From Trichoplax adhaerens (Eukaryota > Animalia > Placozoa): 64,000 bases of DNA. The notes under the pieces are model-generated. The model had not been told where the DNA came from. It did no database searches and saw nothing but the letters and a program-made list of their open reading frames with translations. Position numbers and translations under genes: made by a program. The stretch is from assembly GCF_000150275.1 (NCBI RefSeq), contig NW_002060949.1, positions 519,861 through 583,860 on the forward strand. Reading direction: 5' to 3'. The number at the start of each line of letters is the position of its first letter. Positions within the stretch are counted from its first letter, which is position 1. Shown one piece after another: positions 24,831 through 39,269 of this stretch.

Positions 24831-27800
24831 ATTGATTCACTATTAGGTCATAAACATTTTATGTATCAATTAGATTTTGATGCAATAACATCAGTTTTAT
24901 TCTAAATGCAATGAAATTAACGTAATTTGGACAATATAATAATTTCAGTAGTGTTAACATTTATTTATAGTAACGAAATTTTATAAAAAACTGATTTCAC
25001 GAAATTAAAATTAATCATGATTCTAAGAACTATATAATGATGGGCATTTCAAGCAACGTGACATTCCAAGTTCGGTATTAAAGTTAAAAGTAAAAATTTC
25101 TAATGTTTTATCGTTGTCCGATATTATTAAACAAAATTTTCCCGTCAAAAATCAGTTAATATTTACATGTAAGTCTCACGGAAAACGCTGCGATTATACA
25201 ATAGTTATAATTACTACACTGATTCACCACGCTGATTTGGTAGATTTCACTGTTATATATCGGAAAATAGTTTGCTAACTCAATAAGATAAGTCGTAAAA
25301 AGATGTAATGGTACAGTATGGTTTCACTTCACTAAAACCATCTAAGTGCTACTTGTAAAATTAGCGGAACTGATATGCTATTACTGCCCTAGCAAATTAT
25401 TCATAAATTCTGTACTGTAGATTGTAGAAGAAATGTTCAAAAATTTTATCATTCTCCTTCCGTTGCATACCGTACTGATTAACTATTTTAAATGATTGAA
25501 CTCTGATGATATGAGTAAGTTTTCTTCATCAAAACTAGACGGTAAGGAAATATTTTTAATGTGTTTAAAGTGTTGTAATTTTTTGTAACTCATTAATCAG
25601 TTGTAGCATCGTACATAAATTACTTTGATTGATTTAGCAAATTATCTAGATAGGCAGCCAGTAAAATTCTAATATATGCGTATACTAATTAACAAAACGT
25701 TGTCCTAATTATTCTGTGGCATTTTTCTTCATGATTAAAAGTAGTCAGAACGTAATTTAACATATTAATTTTAGAACCTAAAGAAAACTAAAACAAACAA
25801 CACCAAGAACGAGGAACTTCATTAGTCAACGATTACACAATTCATCGATCATCGAAAGCACTGTAACATGTCGAGGATACTGTAGAGTTCAGTGTTGTTA
25901 GTCTACAGTACATCATAGTATTCTTGTTTAGTAACGTAGATATTGCTATATCTATAAATATAATTTGACCTTAAGATATATTACCTATAATTAAAAAGTG
26001 AAGAACTTTTGATGCAATTTTCCGCCAGTCAGTAAGGATAAACGATTGTGAGTATAAATCACGCAAAAGCTTGACTAAAAACTCAACATTGCACCGCCTT
26101 CGATAGAAACAGTAACAAAAGCCTTTAAATTAAGACTTGACAATAATCATTCCAGTGACAGATTTATGAATAATTTAATGACGTAATGATGCTAATTAAA
26201 TCATCGCAACATTACAAAACAATCAAGGACAGAAAGATAGCCAAAGCCTCATACAGATGCATATTGATCAATCATAGACGTCAATAAGCCAAAATCAATG
26301 CAAGAATTTACTTATCCTTTATCAACTCACATAATAGTAAATGTATACTGGTTGTAATTTACAACAGCGAATAAGCATACGATATAGCCCTATTAATCAA
26401 CTTTAGTAGTGTTTTAATTGTGAATCAGTTATTTTACTAACGTGAATAAAGTATCTTTTGTTATCTTGCTACAATTAGTAACGGATTGCGATGACGGTAA
26501 TTACAAAAATTTTTTGAGAGGGTTTAGAAGAGCTGTAAAATATTAAAGGCATTTGTAATAAGTTCTCGAGCAAATGTAGAGACAGCGTATTAGTAAAGCA
26601 TAGAATTTTATTAAGACTTAACATTTCAAAGTAATTACTAGAGTGCAATTGTCCTTGTTCAAACTTCTACAAAACATTGGTAATGACGTACACTTTAAAT
26701 AATTCATTTAGTCCACATTCTTGTAAGTAATGTTAGCGCCTGTTTCTCCTGTTTATGATTTTAATAAAACGCTCAACTGCTTATTATTACGAGATAATAT
26801 CTAATACTTTATTTTGGCATTAGGGACATTAGTTACAATTATCGATTCTAAATGATATTTAATCGTATCTGTTGTTAAAATACTCAAAATTTTCCCTTTT
26901 AATAGACTCAACACCTATCTCAAAATATTATACTAGTTAAATTTATTGGAAAGTAATTAAATTAGATCACCTTAAAAGTATACTCATACTCGAACTATTA
27001 TCTACTGTATATTATATTATAAAGTTTTCACCGAATAAGCTTTACAGTACAAACACGGTACTGTTGCTCTACAATATTTCGACAGGTCTTTCGATAGGTC
27101 TTGTACCTTACTAACGCCCAACATATCGTTTGTACAGTATATTTATACTGTAAAAGTAAGTGGAGTGAACTGATGTTGGTTATTTTAAGGTTGTACAAAT
27201 ATGCTTTGGAAGATTTTAATGTAAAAAGATACAGTAAAAGTTTGTTTATCCGGGTACTTAAGAAAATCATAAACTGTCTACCGTTTTGTTCAATTAACGC
27301 TGTCGAAGATGGGTTATGCTGCACATTCACTGGAACTAATTTATAAAAATCTTCCTAACGTGGAAACCTGAATTTTATTATAGAGCTCTTATTTCGAACT
27401 TTCTTAATTACAATATCAATTTTTTACAGTACGTATAAATCATGCATGAAATATATCAACGAGGCTTTATCAAAATTTGATATAAATTTTGGCTTAAAGG
27501 TTGTACTTGTGATGGTATACTCAATTTTGTCAACAGTAAACATCTAAAGAGAAAAATAATATACTAAAACCAGCGTATTTATAAATTATTAATGTATATC
27601 CTAAATGAGATAAACGGAATGGAATTTGTACATATATCGAAAGAGTAATCGATTAAAACTTTCACATTACTTTCCAAACTAAACTGATATTTAACATTGG
27701 CTCAGATAAAATATAAAGATAGAAACAGATATTAACACTTGTCAGAAGAACTGAAAACAGTTAATGATTGGACAATTTTTTGTCAACTTGAACGGCATAA

Positions 27801-28032
27801 CCAATGTCTCATAAAATTAATGAGTGGCAGAAAGTCTAAGCGTGAAATTTGTTTCGTAGTTGTCGCTTATACATCCGATGTTACTGAATTATTTATACGA
27901 AAAACAAAAGAGTAAATTGCTAATGTATTTATGAAGACTTCTGAATTATTTCTACTATTGTAGCAAGTATCTCAGTTACTCAGATAAATGAAATACTGAT
28001 AAAGTCTGATACGATTAGTTGAGTTTCTTCTA

Positions 28033-31000
28033 TTAAGCGACATAGTCTGGATCAGGATTTGCTGCTTCACAGCTGTTAGTGCTATTCGATCTGTTACTAT
28101 CGTCAAGGTTATAACAGTGAAAAAATTGATATTAATCCATTAAGTAAATTCAAATTTGCTTGAAACCTACTCTACTATACTATTTATTATTAATTATAAA
28201 TCTAAGGATATTTGCTTCATTCTTTTGCAGCTACCACCATCTAAAGACTTCCTAGAACTTAATTTTCTCTTAATTGCACCATCTACTCTTTTGACATGGT
28301 TACGTATGCCAGTTTCCTGAGGGATTAATATATTTCTACCTGAGATCGGGTACTTGAATATCTTATTCTAAGAACGTTTGTGATAACATCTTTTCATGGC
28401 ATGAATACTTATTAATAGTAAAACCGAATCTTACTCCTTCCTTGATATCCTCTTCGCCTTCGGCTATTGACAACATGGCATCGCATCCGTCATCATAATC
28501 TTTATTATGAGTAGTTGCTATGGCAGATTTTAGCTAATGATACATAACATTCAATTCATGTAAATGTTAAGACAAAATGTAAGGATTATTTTAATAAAAA
28601 TAAAACGTTAAGTATTTCATATCGAACTTGTAAGTATAATTTGACTGCAATCGCAGGTTCTGCTTGATTCTTCATGTTTTCGATAACATTTCTTGGATCA
28701 AATAAGTCAGCATTTCTTCTTGTTAGACTTTTATCATTAACTTTAGCATTATCCGAAGGCGAATAACCAATACATTTGCTATAATAAAATATACAAAATC
28801 TCATCTTTAAATGATAATACTCGCTTTGGATAAGATAGTGACATATCTTTACCTTTCCGAGATACTATACAAAGACTTCAGATGATCTCGTAATTGAATC
28901 AGCAAAAGGCATGATAACGTAGGATAAATGAAGCGCCGATAATCAAAATCGCCATTAGAGAATTCAACTATGGAAGAAATCATCTATTTTTAATGACCAC
29001 TCTAAATATGCATCGGAACAATTTCATTTCGAAGTATTAAGATCATTAAGAAATTTTCTTAATTTTTACCTTTTAATGCGTCAACACTGCTACTATCTAA
29101 ATCTTCCTCACTGTCTTCAAACTGAAAAGTCTTAGAATAGAAGTCAGTTGGGTTTAAAATCACACTTTTTGAATTTTCGAAATTTTAAAGGGTTTACCTT
29201 GCCAACGGCGTCTAATAAATTTGTACCCATCACGGAAAGTGTTAAATCAAGCTGGTGAATTAGGAACAAAGGCTCATCTTGGATGTTATACGGAAAATAT
29301 GCTAAATTACCAGCTATATATAAAAGATATTCTATTTCTTTCCCCTAGAAAGAAAGTAAAATAAGTAATACTAGCTGTTTTAGTAAAGATGAAACAAGAA
29401 GCAGTATATCGATTTTTAGAATTAACTGTCACCGAGTTATTGTCAGTTTCAAAATATCGCAACAAGGAATGTGCCAAAGCTCGTCTATATCGACGGTTAG
29501 AACGAAGTAGCATATAACAGCAACTACATAATGCGGATGCCGATTCTTTTGAATAACCTCGAACTATTGAGCCCTGTCAAGAATTAATATATGTAATATT
29601 TGAACAGATCTTTAGCTTTGACTTTCAACTGTTTCTTTAATAATAAAATATAAGCGACCATTAGTCGCCAACATATCATTTAATTTTTAATGATTCGTGA
29701 TTGATTACTTGTAATTTCTTATGCAATTCAAATGTGAGCCTAATCCCTTGAGCGGCCTTTGACTAAAATGGTATGCATTTGAGTCACCATTGAACATTTG
29801 ATTAATCGGTTAAACTATTTATATCAGAAATCAGAGCATAAAAAAATTCGGAAACAGACCTGAACGAAATTAAGATAGTCACTTGCTAAAGTTGATAATT
29901 GTTTTTCTGCTAAAATTTTTGTCGACTTTTGTGGATCAGTTGAAAGGGTAATTAAATAAGGTACGCACTAAAGATAACGAGATTGGGACAGAAAATGAGA
30001 AATTTTACGTGCTACGCAAAATAATCTATAATTAATAGGCATCATACCTTTATTGGATGCATTAATCCATCACGTAAAATTCGTAAGATAACATTTAAAG
30101 AGGAATTTCTTATTTCTGATTCGGAATTTGTAGAGGCTTCCAAAACTTCGTTGGCATAATGTTGCACTATCTTGCTAGCTAGACTATAAAAGAATTTCTT
30201 ATGGTCAAATTGAGTACTGAAGGGAAAATGTATTTTAAGATTGCATCGTTTTGTACGTTAAATCAGAAAGATTCTTGCTAATGGATATTCACTTTAACAA
30301 TTTTTTTTGTCGCGCTTTTCGCGTCTCCATTTTCAAATCTAAAGTATGTGAATTTTCGAATAAAAATTTGTAATCATTTAATTTACCTAGATCTAGCATC
30401 TCCTAACTGTCCCAAATTTTTGTTGGAGTTTGATTTTTTCCCTAAAATTGTTGTATAGGAATTACTTAAAATGCATATAATCAATGAAGTAAAGCTTAAC
30501 GTACAGGTATCTTCCGCCTTTTGGGTTCTTTTGTCTTCTTCAATAAGGTAATGCTCTATATTCTTTAATACCTATGAAATAAGAAGATTTAATTTACTTT
30601 AAATATGTTAGTTCCAGAAAAATTGTACAACTATGAAAATGCTTACCTGGCACATGAGTTTTGTCGAGGATTTTCGCGAATTTAAGACTTTTTTGTATTT
30701 TTCAGAAAGTTTTTTATGCATTAATAGTTTTGGATATCGGACGCATAAACTTCCTATTGCATTCAATGGTAATACAACAATAAGACTTAGGGTATTCGGT
30801 TTTATGCGAAGTGACACCAGGAAAAAAATTGAGGAAGTTAAGATCTCAATACTACCGATGCCAGTAAAAGCTTTAAGAAGGACTTCTCCATCTTCACATT
30901 GGCAGAAAGCTAGGAAAAGTTCAAATGCGCTATCAAGCTGATAACAAAATTTAAACAAGTTTAGTGACTTTTTCTGTCAGATAAGTTACAGAATTTTAAT

Positions 31001-34000
31001 AATCAGATTACAATCTTACATTTAATTCTGAACTGTCAGAGCTTAAATCCATATCAAAATTTTTATATAGCATTCCAACTACGAATAATGCTCTCATAAT
31101 TCGAGGTTTATTTGACGTTAACTTCGATTCGATTAACAGTAATTCCTGGTTTGTAACGCTACGTAATAAACCTACGGGATTGAATTAGCAAATAAAGTAT
31201 AGATATATTAATAAACTACGTTAACATTATTTAATACCCATTTTCTTATAGTATTTACACAAGCTTACCAATATATTTACGTAGACAGTCTCTAACCAAG
31301 TCGTAATTGTGAGTTACTTCATTTACTATGACAGTTAAGCAGCTAATACAATTTTGAACAACCTAAAATATTACATGAAAGAGTAATCACTGTATATAGG
31401 TGCAATAACATAAAATCTTCTATGTACAATGTTTACCGTTTGTCCTTGAATGAGGATAAGTTTCATAAGATCTTTTTCTAAATCTGCCAAGAAAGACTTA
31501 CTCGGATGTTGCATCAATGGTAAAACATATTCTAATATACAAGGTACAGTTCGAAGTATCGCGGCATCAGCTTTGGTAGAACATTTCATACTTAAGTAAG
31601 GCTGAAGTCGGGGTGCGTAATCTACTACTAATTGTGGGAAACATTTACTAAAAACGAGTAGTGTTGAAAAACAAGCTACAACCTTTACATCTGCTTTTTC
31701 ATCATTTTTTGATATATTTACTAACTGATCTTCGAATTTTAAAATGCTTTCCAGTAAGTTTGCTAGGATGACTTTACTAGAATTAGTAACAGCTTCGCTA
31801 TAGGAACTGAAATCACTAGATTTTACCATATGTCTTATTAGATTTTCAAGACATTCTAAAGCGGAGTCATGGCATATCGCTACACAGTTTACAAGATCAT
31901 CTGTAACTTTTTTGACCTCATCTCCAGACTTGCTATCACAGGAAAACCAGACGTGCTGAAATACTTTAGTAACCAAATCCTTAACACTCTCGTCATCATT
32001 GAAACGGAGTAGTATACGAACGCAAATTTCAGGGTTCTTTTCAAACGCTGGGAATCGGGTGTACAAGTCTTTCAGAACTTTAATAACACGCTTCCGTACA
32101 CTTATACCAGTATCAAGGATTCTTTCTATCAGGATTTCGAAATACTGCTCACACAGTTGTATGTTTGTGAGCATGAACTTTCCTGTTAATTCTACAGCCG
32201 CTTCTCTAACCGAAACTGACGTATCTAATAACCTAGCATGAACAGCTTGATGGACTTCTTTTCTTCGGAGTATGTTGGGATCTTCTCCTATTATACTCGT
32301 TAGACATTTCAAAGCTCGTGCACGAAGTGCAATGGTAGGCTCGTAAAGCATTCTTAAAAGATGTTGAAGATACGTATCGAAACTACTGAATAACGATCGC
32401 TTGGAAACTACTTTCTGAGACATAGATTCTAGTACTTCAGATGACAACGTTAATTTTGGCCAACGACCACGGATAAGAAGCCGACACATAATGGTTACTG
32501 CAGAGAGTTTTTTCTTTAAACTTTCTATAATTGCATTATCCTCATCAATATTTGCAGAGTCTTCGAGGGATAAGTTAGCAGAAAGATTAGCAGATTCGTT
32601 GAATTGCTTTTCAATTTCTTTATGGGTTTCATATAGTAAACGACCAATACGGAAATAAACTGCTGGCTACAGACATAGATGTAAAACTTTTAGGCTGATC
32701 ATCTGCAAGCCACATACGGTATCCTCCGTATGCTTAAGTTGACCTGTTACAAGTTCAATAAATAATAATACTCACCTGATACCATGGAAAATCTTTTGAT
32801 TCGCTGTAAAGCTGTCCTATTAAAATCTTCTCGAAATAGTATTCCACAGATTCTAAAATATCGTTTGACTGTTGAAAAATTAGCAACTTAGTGAAATACA
32901 ACAAATAAGCAAGTATTGAAGCTAGGAAAATCACAACAACTATGTTGTACGTCTGTCACTTACATCATCAATAACGGATTCGTGACTGATTTCGGAAATC
33001 TATATATAATAAAAATATTACTTAGCTATTTTAAATTTTAACAGTCACAGCTAAAAATTTTTGATAGTATTGTCCGCCATTGATAAGGTACGCATAAAAT
33101 TTATCTAAGAGCTAATTTAAATTAATTAAAATCAAACCTGCGATTGTAGTGCTTTTAAATCAATTTCTTCAATCGAGATGAGACGTTTTCTTAAATGAGC
33201 CGCGACTAAACCAAAATATTCCAAAGACGTCGTTCTAACTGCGATATCATTAGATTTGTCGGTAAAAGTATGTGCTAAACATTTTCCAACTATTCCTAAT
33301 AATAATTCAGATGAGGGCCACTCAGGTTTGTCAACTGTTATCAATAAATCTTGAATAAAATTTTCAAAGATCACTTTACGATCTTCTTCGTCTTTCACAC
33401 AATACCTAGGTATTCAAGGCAAAATCATAGAAAATGCTTAAACTTACAGCGGAATCAAATGACTTCTAATTTCTTCTTTAAATTCATGATACATATACAC
33501 ATAACATTGTACTAACTTCTTAAAAAATTGCGTGATGAATGACTGTCCATTTCTAACGGCGCTTTCGTATGATTGGCCAATAATGTGCTCTTCAATAAGT
33601 TCTGGCTGTTCCGGCGGTTCCTTTGAACCTGTTCCTTTAGTTGACTTTTTCTTGCTATCTGAATTTTTCAGTACTGGAATCTTTACCATACAGTGAAACA
33701 GTTGCAGAATAAGAGCAGATACTATTTGTATAGATTCCCCGTTTCCAAGACTACGTAAAAGGATAATAACTAGGTTAATTGATATTTTCATACTGGCTGT
33801 AAATTGAAGGATTTTCCTGACTTACTTGTAACATCGTAAGTTAGTTCGATTACTAGGTAATTTTACTAACGATGAGAGAATATCCTCTATGATCACGTTC
33901 CGGTGTTTATCATATTTTTTGAAAGTCTATAATACAATACATGAAATGAGTGAAAATTATCCATTTGCACATCCGGTAATATTGCAATAGTGTAGCCACT

Positions 34001-37000
34001 TTGACATATCTAAGAAAGTATTTTACCCATCTAATAAGATCCAATGCGCTACGTTGTAGGTCTTTAACGTTATCAACAAAGAACGAAGAAATACCAATCG
34101 AGCTTAACTATTGAATTAAAAAGATTGAAATCATTTTTTAGAAATTATCACAATGTATACAGCTTCCTCACCATAACACCGCAAGTAAATTACGTATTCT
34201 TATTAATAACGTTGGTATTGTTTAAGCGATTAAAAGCCTCAACTAAATTATTACTTACTTGAATAATTATTGTATCAGTAAATGTTGTTATCTGTACGAG
34301 TTCAGACAATAAAGCAACCGCCTCACAAGTCTTACGATATATGAAATTCACCAACTTGTTTTTGGGGCTTGATACCTTGCCTCGTCCCTTGAGACGATTA
34401 GAATCGGCTAGAATAATAGCATATTATAACTTAAATGCAATAGACATAATTTATATACAGTATACTGTGTACTCGCTACTGAATAAACTACCCTGCTGAT
34501 CGAACAATTTTAAGGAAAATTATGAACATTTAAGAAATAGATATTTCAGACATTACATTTTAAAGAATTATCCGCGGATTTATCTTTGTACATAGGATCA
34601 AATATAGGGTATAGAGTGTTAACTTGGTGGTAACTAATAATATCAATCAGGCTATCAATGTTTTCATCTGCATATAGAGTCTTTGGCATATTTTTTGCAG
34701 TCAGGATATGAAGGACTGCTACTGTAGCTTCCATTGATGCTGCGATTTCTTCTAACTTTAAATAATTCCATAGCTTCTTTTCTTTATCATCAGCCTAAAG
34801 TTAAGATTAAATCCTATTTAATACCAAATAATTACTCAGCAAAATTAATAAACAATAGCTACTGTATTCTATCAAATACCGGTTCCTCTGTAACTGATGA
34901 TTCTATACATTTGCCATGCCTAATAATGCCCAAAAGAATTTTCACAACTTGTTCAACATCATCAAGGGATATCTCGTAAGCTTCATTTGTTGCCTTCAAT
35001 CTTGCAGCCTCAATCGACAACTCAGATAGCACCGTTAAGGGTACAGCAAGTTTATCCGGCTCTGAGCAGATTTGTAAATAAAATTTCAGTTAATTCAGAG
35101 TTTGGTAAAATTCTCAATTTAATTCCCGTACTTTTACTAGATGATTCATCCTTCTTTTTCAGATAATCAGTTATTTTTTCACATAGTGTAACGAAACGTT
35201 TGTATGTTGTGGATTCACCTGTTCACGGGTTAGTCAAAGAATATATGTTACCTAAGTAAGTAAAAATTTTATAATATAATTATAATTAAGTACCTTCATA
35301 TTCAGACTCTTGGTCAGACTTGTTCTTTAATGAAGTTTTTCCTTCAAACAATACACGGAAAATCATTCATCGAGAAATACGATTTAAAATGATTACATTT
35401 TGGTATGTTATTCTAATTTACGAGTGATAGGTTATAGTAAAATTAGGAGCTATATAGCTATAAAGTTTACTAAACATATTTTAGAAATACAGAATAAGTG
35501 CTATGCCTATTGCTGATTCTCTTTATCGCCAATAATCTACCGACTTACGAGATTTTTTGGCAGATGATGGACCGGGTCGTACAAAATTTTCGGAGTCACT
35601 TGTTCCTGAAGTAGTTTCACATTTCCAAGTGCTATCCTTACTGTCAGATTCACTTACAGCCTAATTTGAATCAGTAACACAACAAAATGCTACATTATAC
35701 AAATTGATTTTAAGCTAAGCAAATGATCTAGAGCGCTTCAATAAGATCATAAAATGTCCTACTGATGTAGACGTCGAGTCTAGTGTAATAACTTCTTGAT
35801 TTTCAAATTTGTAAATTGGTTTATCCTTTTTTCTAGGCTGTATTCTTCGCTTTTCAAATACCTGATGAGGTGCCACGTCTTGTACGCTCTCATCGCTTGT
35901 TTCGAGGTGATATCGGTGGGCATTATGCCCATCTACAAACAAAAAGGATTAGGAGTGTTTTAACATAATTTTTGTAAGGAATAACTTTGATAGTATTGTT
36001 TCGAGTATTGCAATAACCTAATAATATTTTACAAAACTTTATACACATAATAAGAGACTACTAAGTATATTAAATGGGTACTTGAATATATAATTTCTAC
36101 GATAAGATTTGCTATTATTCCACATGTTAGTTATAAAGCATGAATGTTTGATACCCAAGTTAGAAAAGTATATATCATCGTTTCATGAATGCTTGTTGTA
36201 TTTGGATATTGCGAGATATATGATATTAAGTTTATTACTGCTTTAACTTCAGTGTCAATTCCATATTGAGCGATTCGAATTTATAGTATCGCGATATGGT
36301 TACGAAGATTAATTGCTAAAATCATTCTATATAGCATAATAAATACTGTATACAAAGAGCGCATAAGATGTATTACCAAAAGTTACTATACAATATAATG
36401 TAGATATAATAAATATCGTGAACACTGAAAGTATCCAACAGTATCCTATATAAAATAGGCTAAAATTTTAATAGAACTATTGATGTCGAGACCGTCCAAC
36501 TTAAAGAAATACTATTACCGCTAAGTTAATTCATACCAGGTAATGGATTCGTTAAAGATGAACGATAGCTAAACAGATTAGGAAATCGCTGTTCCAAGGC
36601 GTACACAGAGTAGGGTCTCCTGAGATCGCTTACTGATCCTAATGAGGGTTGTTCTTTGACTTGGCTTTAATTTCGAGTATGAATAAAATTATTGCTGCTT
36701 ATTATATATGTATTATCTGATAATGTAGTAATAAGCTAAGATGTTAAAAACTCAAATTAGTCTATATCTATACAATATCTGTATTGCAATCATAACCTAC
36801 TATGGTCGTAGCAATAAAATACCGATTTGCAATTAATAAGTCATAAACAATTAAGCCATTTGCAAATATAAACAAATTTTCATTCCATGTAATGAAAATT
36901 TCTGACTACATTTGTAACTTACATGTGAGATACGTCCACTGCAAGGAGATCACTACCTAATTTTTCGGTTATTTGACCATCAGTAGTATTTTCTAAAAAT

Positions 37001-38647
37001 TTCCATGTTTGTTGTACATCGTTATTGTTAACAGCAGAACCTACATTCGCTGCGCATAGCGGAACTATAGGTTGTGGCACCGGTAGTTTGCTTGGTACTA
37101 ACAAAAAATAATTAATCAAGAGTTCCTATTATTGGTTCATATAATCCTAAGTTAATTTGACTATAAGTACTGTAAGTTAGATTAGTAACTGCCAAGAGAA
37201 ATACGATCTGTTTCACATATATATATATATACATAATAAACCAATAATAACATTATTTTTTCGTTATCGTAAAATGTTGTACCGACTCAGCATGATGGCT
37301 TGGTGTACTGTTAGCAATTAACATATTGACATTTAATATCAAAAGGCTAATTGTAGTCACAATCGCATGGATTATCATTGTCAGGCGAGTTAGTCTGCTA
37401 GATAAAATTACAGTATGATCTGCATGACAATACAGTTGGTACAGTAACAAGATTATTTTAATGTAGAAATACTAAAATAATAGCACAGCACATAAGGTAC
37501 TTATGGCTAGAAAATAATCTAGTATTGAATATTTAGTACGTATCTTGCAGAAAATATGTCAAGAAGTACCAGTAGAAGCAGCAGTAATTTAGTACTCAAA
37601 CTCAATTAGTAATAATTATTAACGTGTAGTTTACAGCAAGATCTTAATAAGGATAGAAATGTAGATAATATGCGTATACAGTACGCTAGACAGCAGTACA
37701 GTAATGTACATCACGCATTGAACTCAATACAATCACAAAGGATGCGAATTCTCTAGCCCTTGTAATTTAAAATCTATCATTCCCTGTAGCCAATAATGTC
37801 AAGTATTATATAGTACACACATGGCCTTAAGAGAGTAAAATTTGTCAAGATATGAGTAAGACAGCCCAATAAATTGAACTGAAAAATGCTCTCAATTTTC
37901 TAACGGACTCACGTAGTATATCCTTACACACAAATATCAGTAAGTAAAATAATTATATAATTGGTCAAAAACAAGTCTTGTCGATTACAATTAAGACTGA
38001 AGTGACGACTTCTAATATTGAGATATCTAACTACAAGTATTAAAACAAAATAATCTATGACTTAATATATAGAACCTTAAGTCTAGCGATAATGTTATGC
38101 AGTTAAGGTTTATCAATGGCGTAGTTTATTATACGAGTATGATACCATTAGAGGAGCAATGAAATGATAAGCTTGCATACAACTTTATGAAACAATAATG
38201 TTATATTTGAAGAATGTGCTATGCAATTCTAATTTAAACAAGCAACACATAGTATCTTACTAAGTTGCTTTGCCTAGTTGGAATTATTGTTATTAGACTT
38301 AAGCAGTAGATAACTAGGATAAGTCAGTATAAGCATGTACACAGTACGTTTATGTTATATTAGGGACGATTAAATACTTTATGTAGTGTATATGCTTATG
38401 ACTGCACAGTAGAGTACTGTGATGAATACACGTACGTATCCAGTATGTTAACTTAATAACATATACCCACAGTACAAGCATAGAGTTGGTAAGAATATCA
38501 ATAGAAGTAAGGTTCTTGTCAAATAATATTGAATGAAATAATAAAATTTAACTTACAGTCTATTAATGTTGACGGTCCAATTAATGTATTAGCAAGTGCC
38601 TTTGAAGAACTTTGATAGGAACTAGCCGGGGCATTATAATCCGCCAT
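28033..38647 (-). CDS. NIPBL: Nipped-B-like cohesin loader (Scc2), multi-exon; 3' end at 28033 if the last intron is spliced or 28194 if not
   Basis: N-terminus TLIGPSTLID-L-PSKLPVPQP resembles the NIPBL MAU2-binding start. HEAT region gives FENFIQDLLITVDKPEWPSSELLL, LRARALKCL, DTSVSVREAAVEL, ERILDTGISVRKRVIK, LLRSNRRYRRA and LKSLYSISESKCIGYSPSD. A 5'UTR intron is likely at about 38754-39072. Confidence 0.96.
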
Positions 38648-39269
38648 TGCCCTTCATAAATGAGAAGATCCTGTCTTTTTAAAATTTCGTGTTCTCACGA
38701 ATATTAGCTAGGTTCTGAACGTCAATTTATGACTAGATGCAGTTGATGTCTCTCTGCAATAAAGAGTATATGCAATAAATGAAGATTACTTTTTAGAAAT
38801 ACACAGTGCTCGACATAAACATTGTACAGAATTATGACAAACAGAACATGATAAATCAGTGAATTCAGTGGAGCACACTGTTATGGCTTGAGTAACGCAT
38901 AGTTTACAATGCACTTAATGAGTTTGTACAATATGTATATTAATTTAGGCTGTATCAGTATAGTTCTAACTGCATATTTATAAACGAATACATCCTAAAA
39001 TATTACTAGTATAACTTTGACTTCAAATGCAGGTCTAATTTTGGGAATTCAAGAGCAAAATCATTCATATTACCTGTATCCTATTCTAATTAGCTGAGCA
39101 AGAAAATCTCTGAAAAAATTCATTCAAGCAATGCAGATACAGTCATACGGAGCGATACGTGTTACCACCGTACGTGTCGTAACGAGTGACTTCATTCACC
39201 AGACGTTCGTAACTCGTACGCTATTTCAATTCAATTTTCAAAATTTTGAAAAAGATTCGTTTGTTTCGG

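Noticed and set aside
27028-27346. Overlapping 100-aa and 81-aa ORFs between the channel and NIPBL
   Set aside because: Non-ATG starts, AT-biased composition, and no recognisable domain or consistent exon chain.
30633-32241. Plus-strand ORFs at 30633-30941 and 31999-32241
   Set aside because: Antisense to NIPBL exons.
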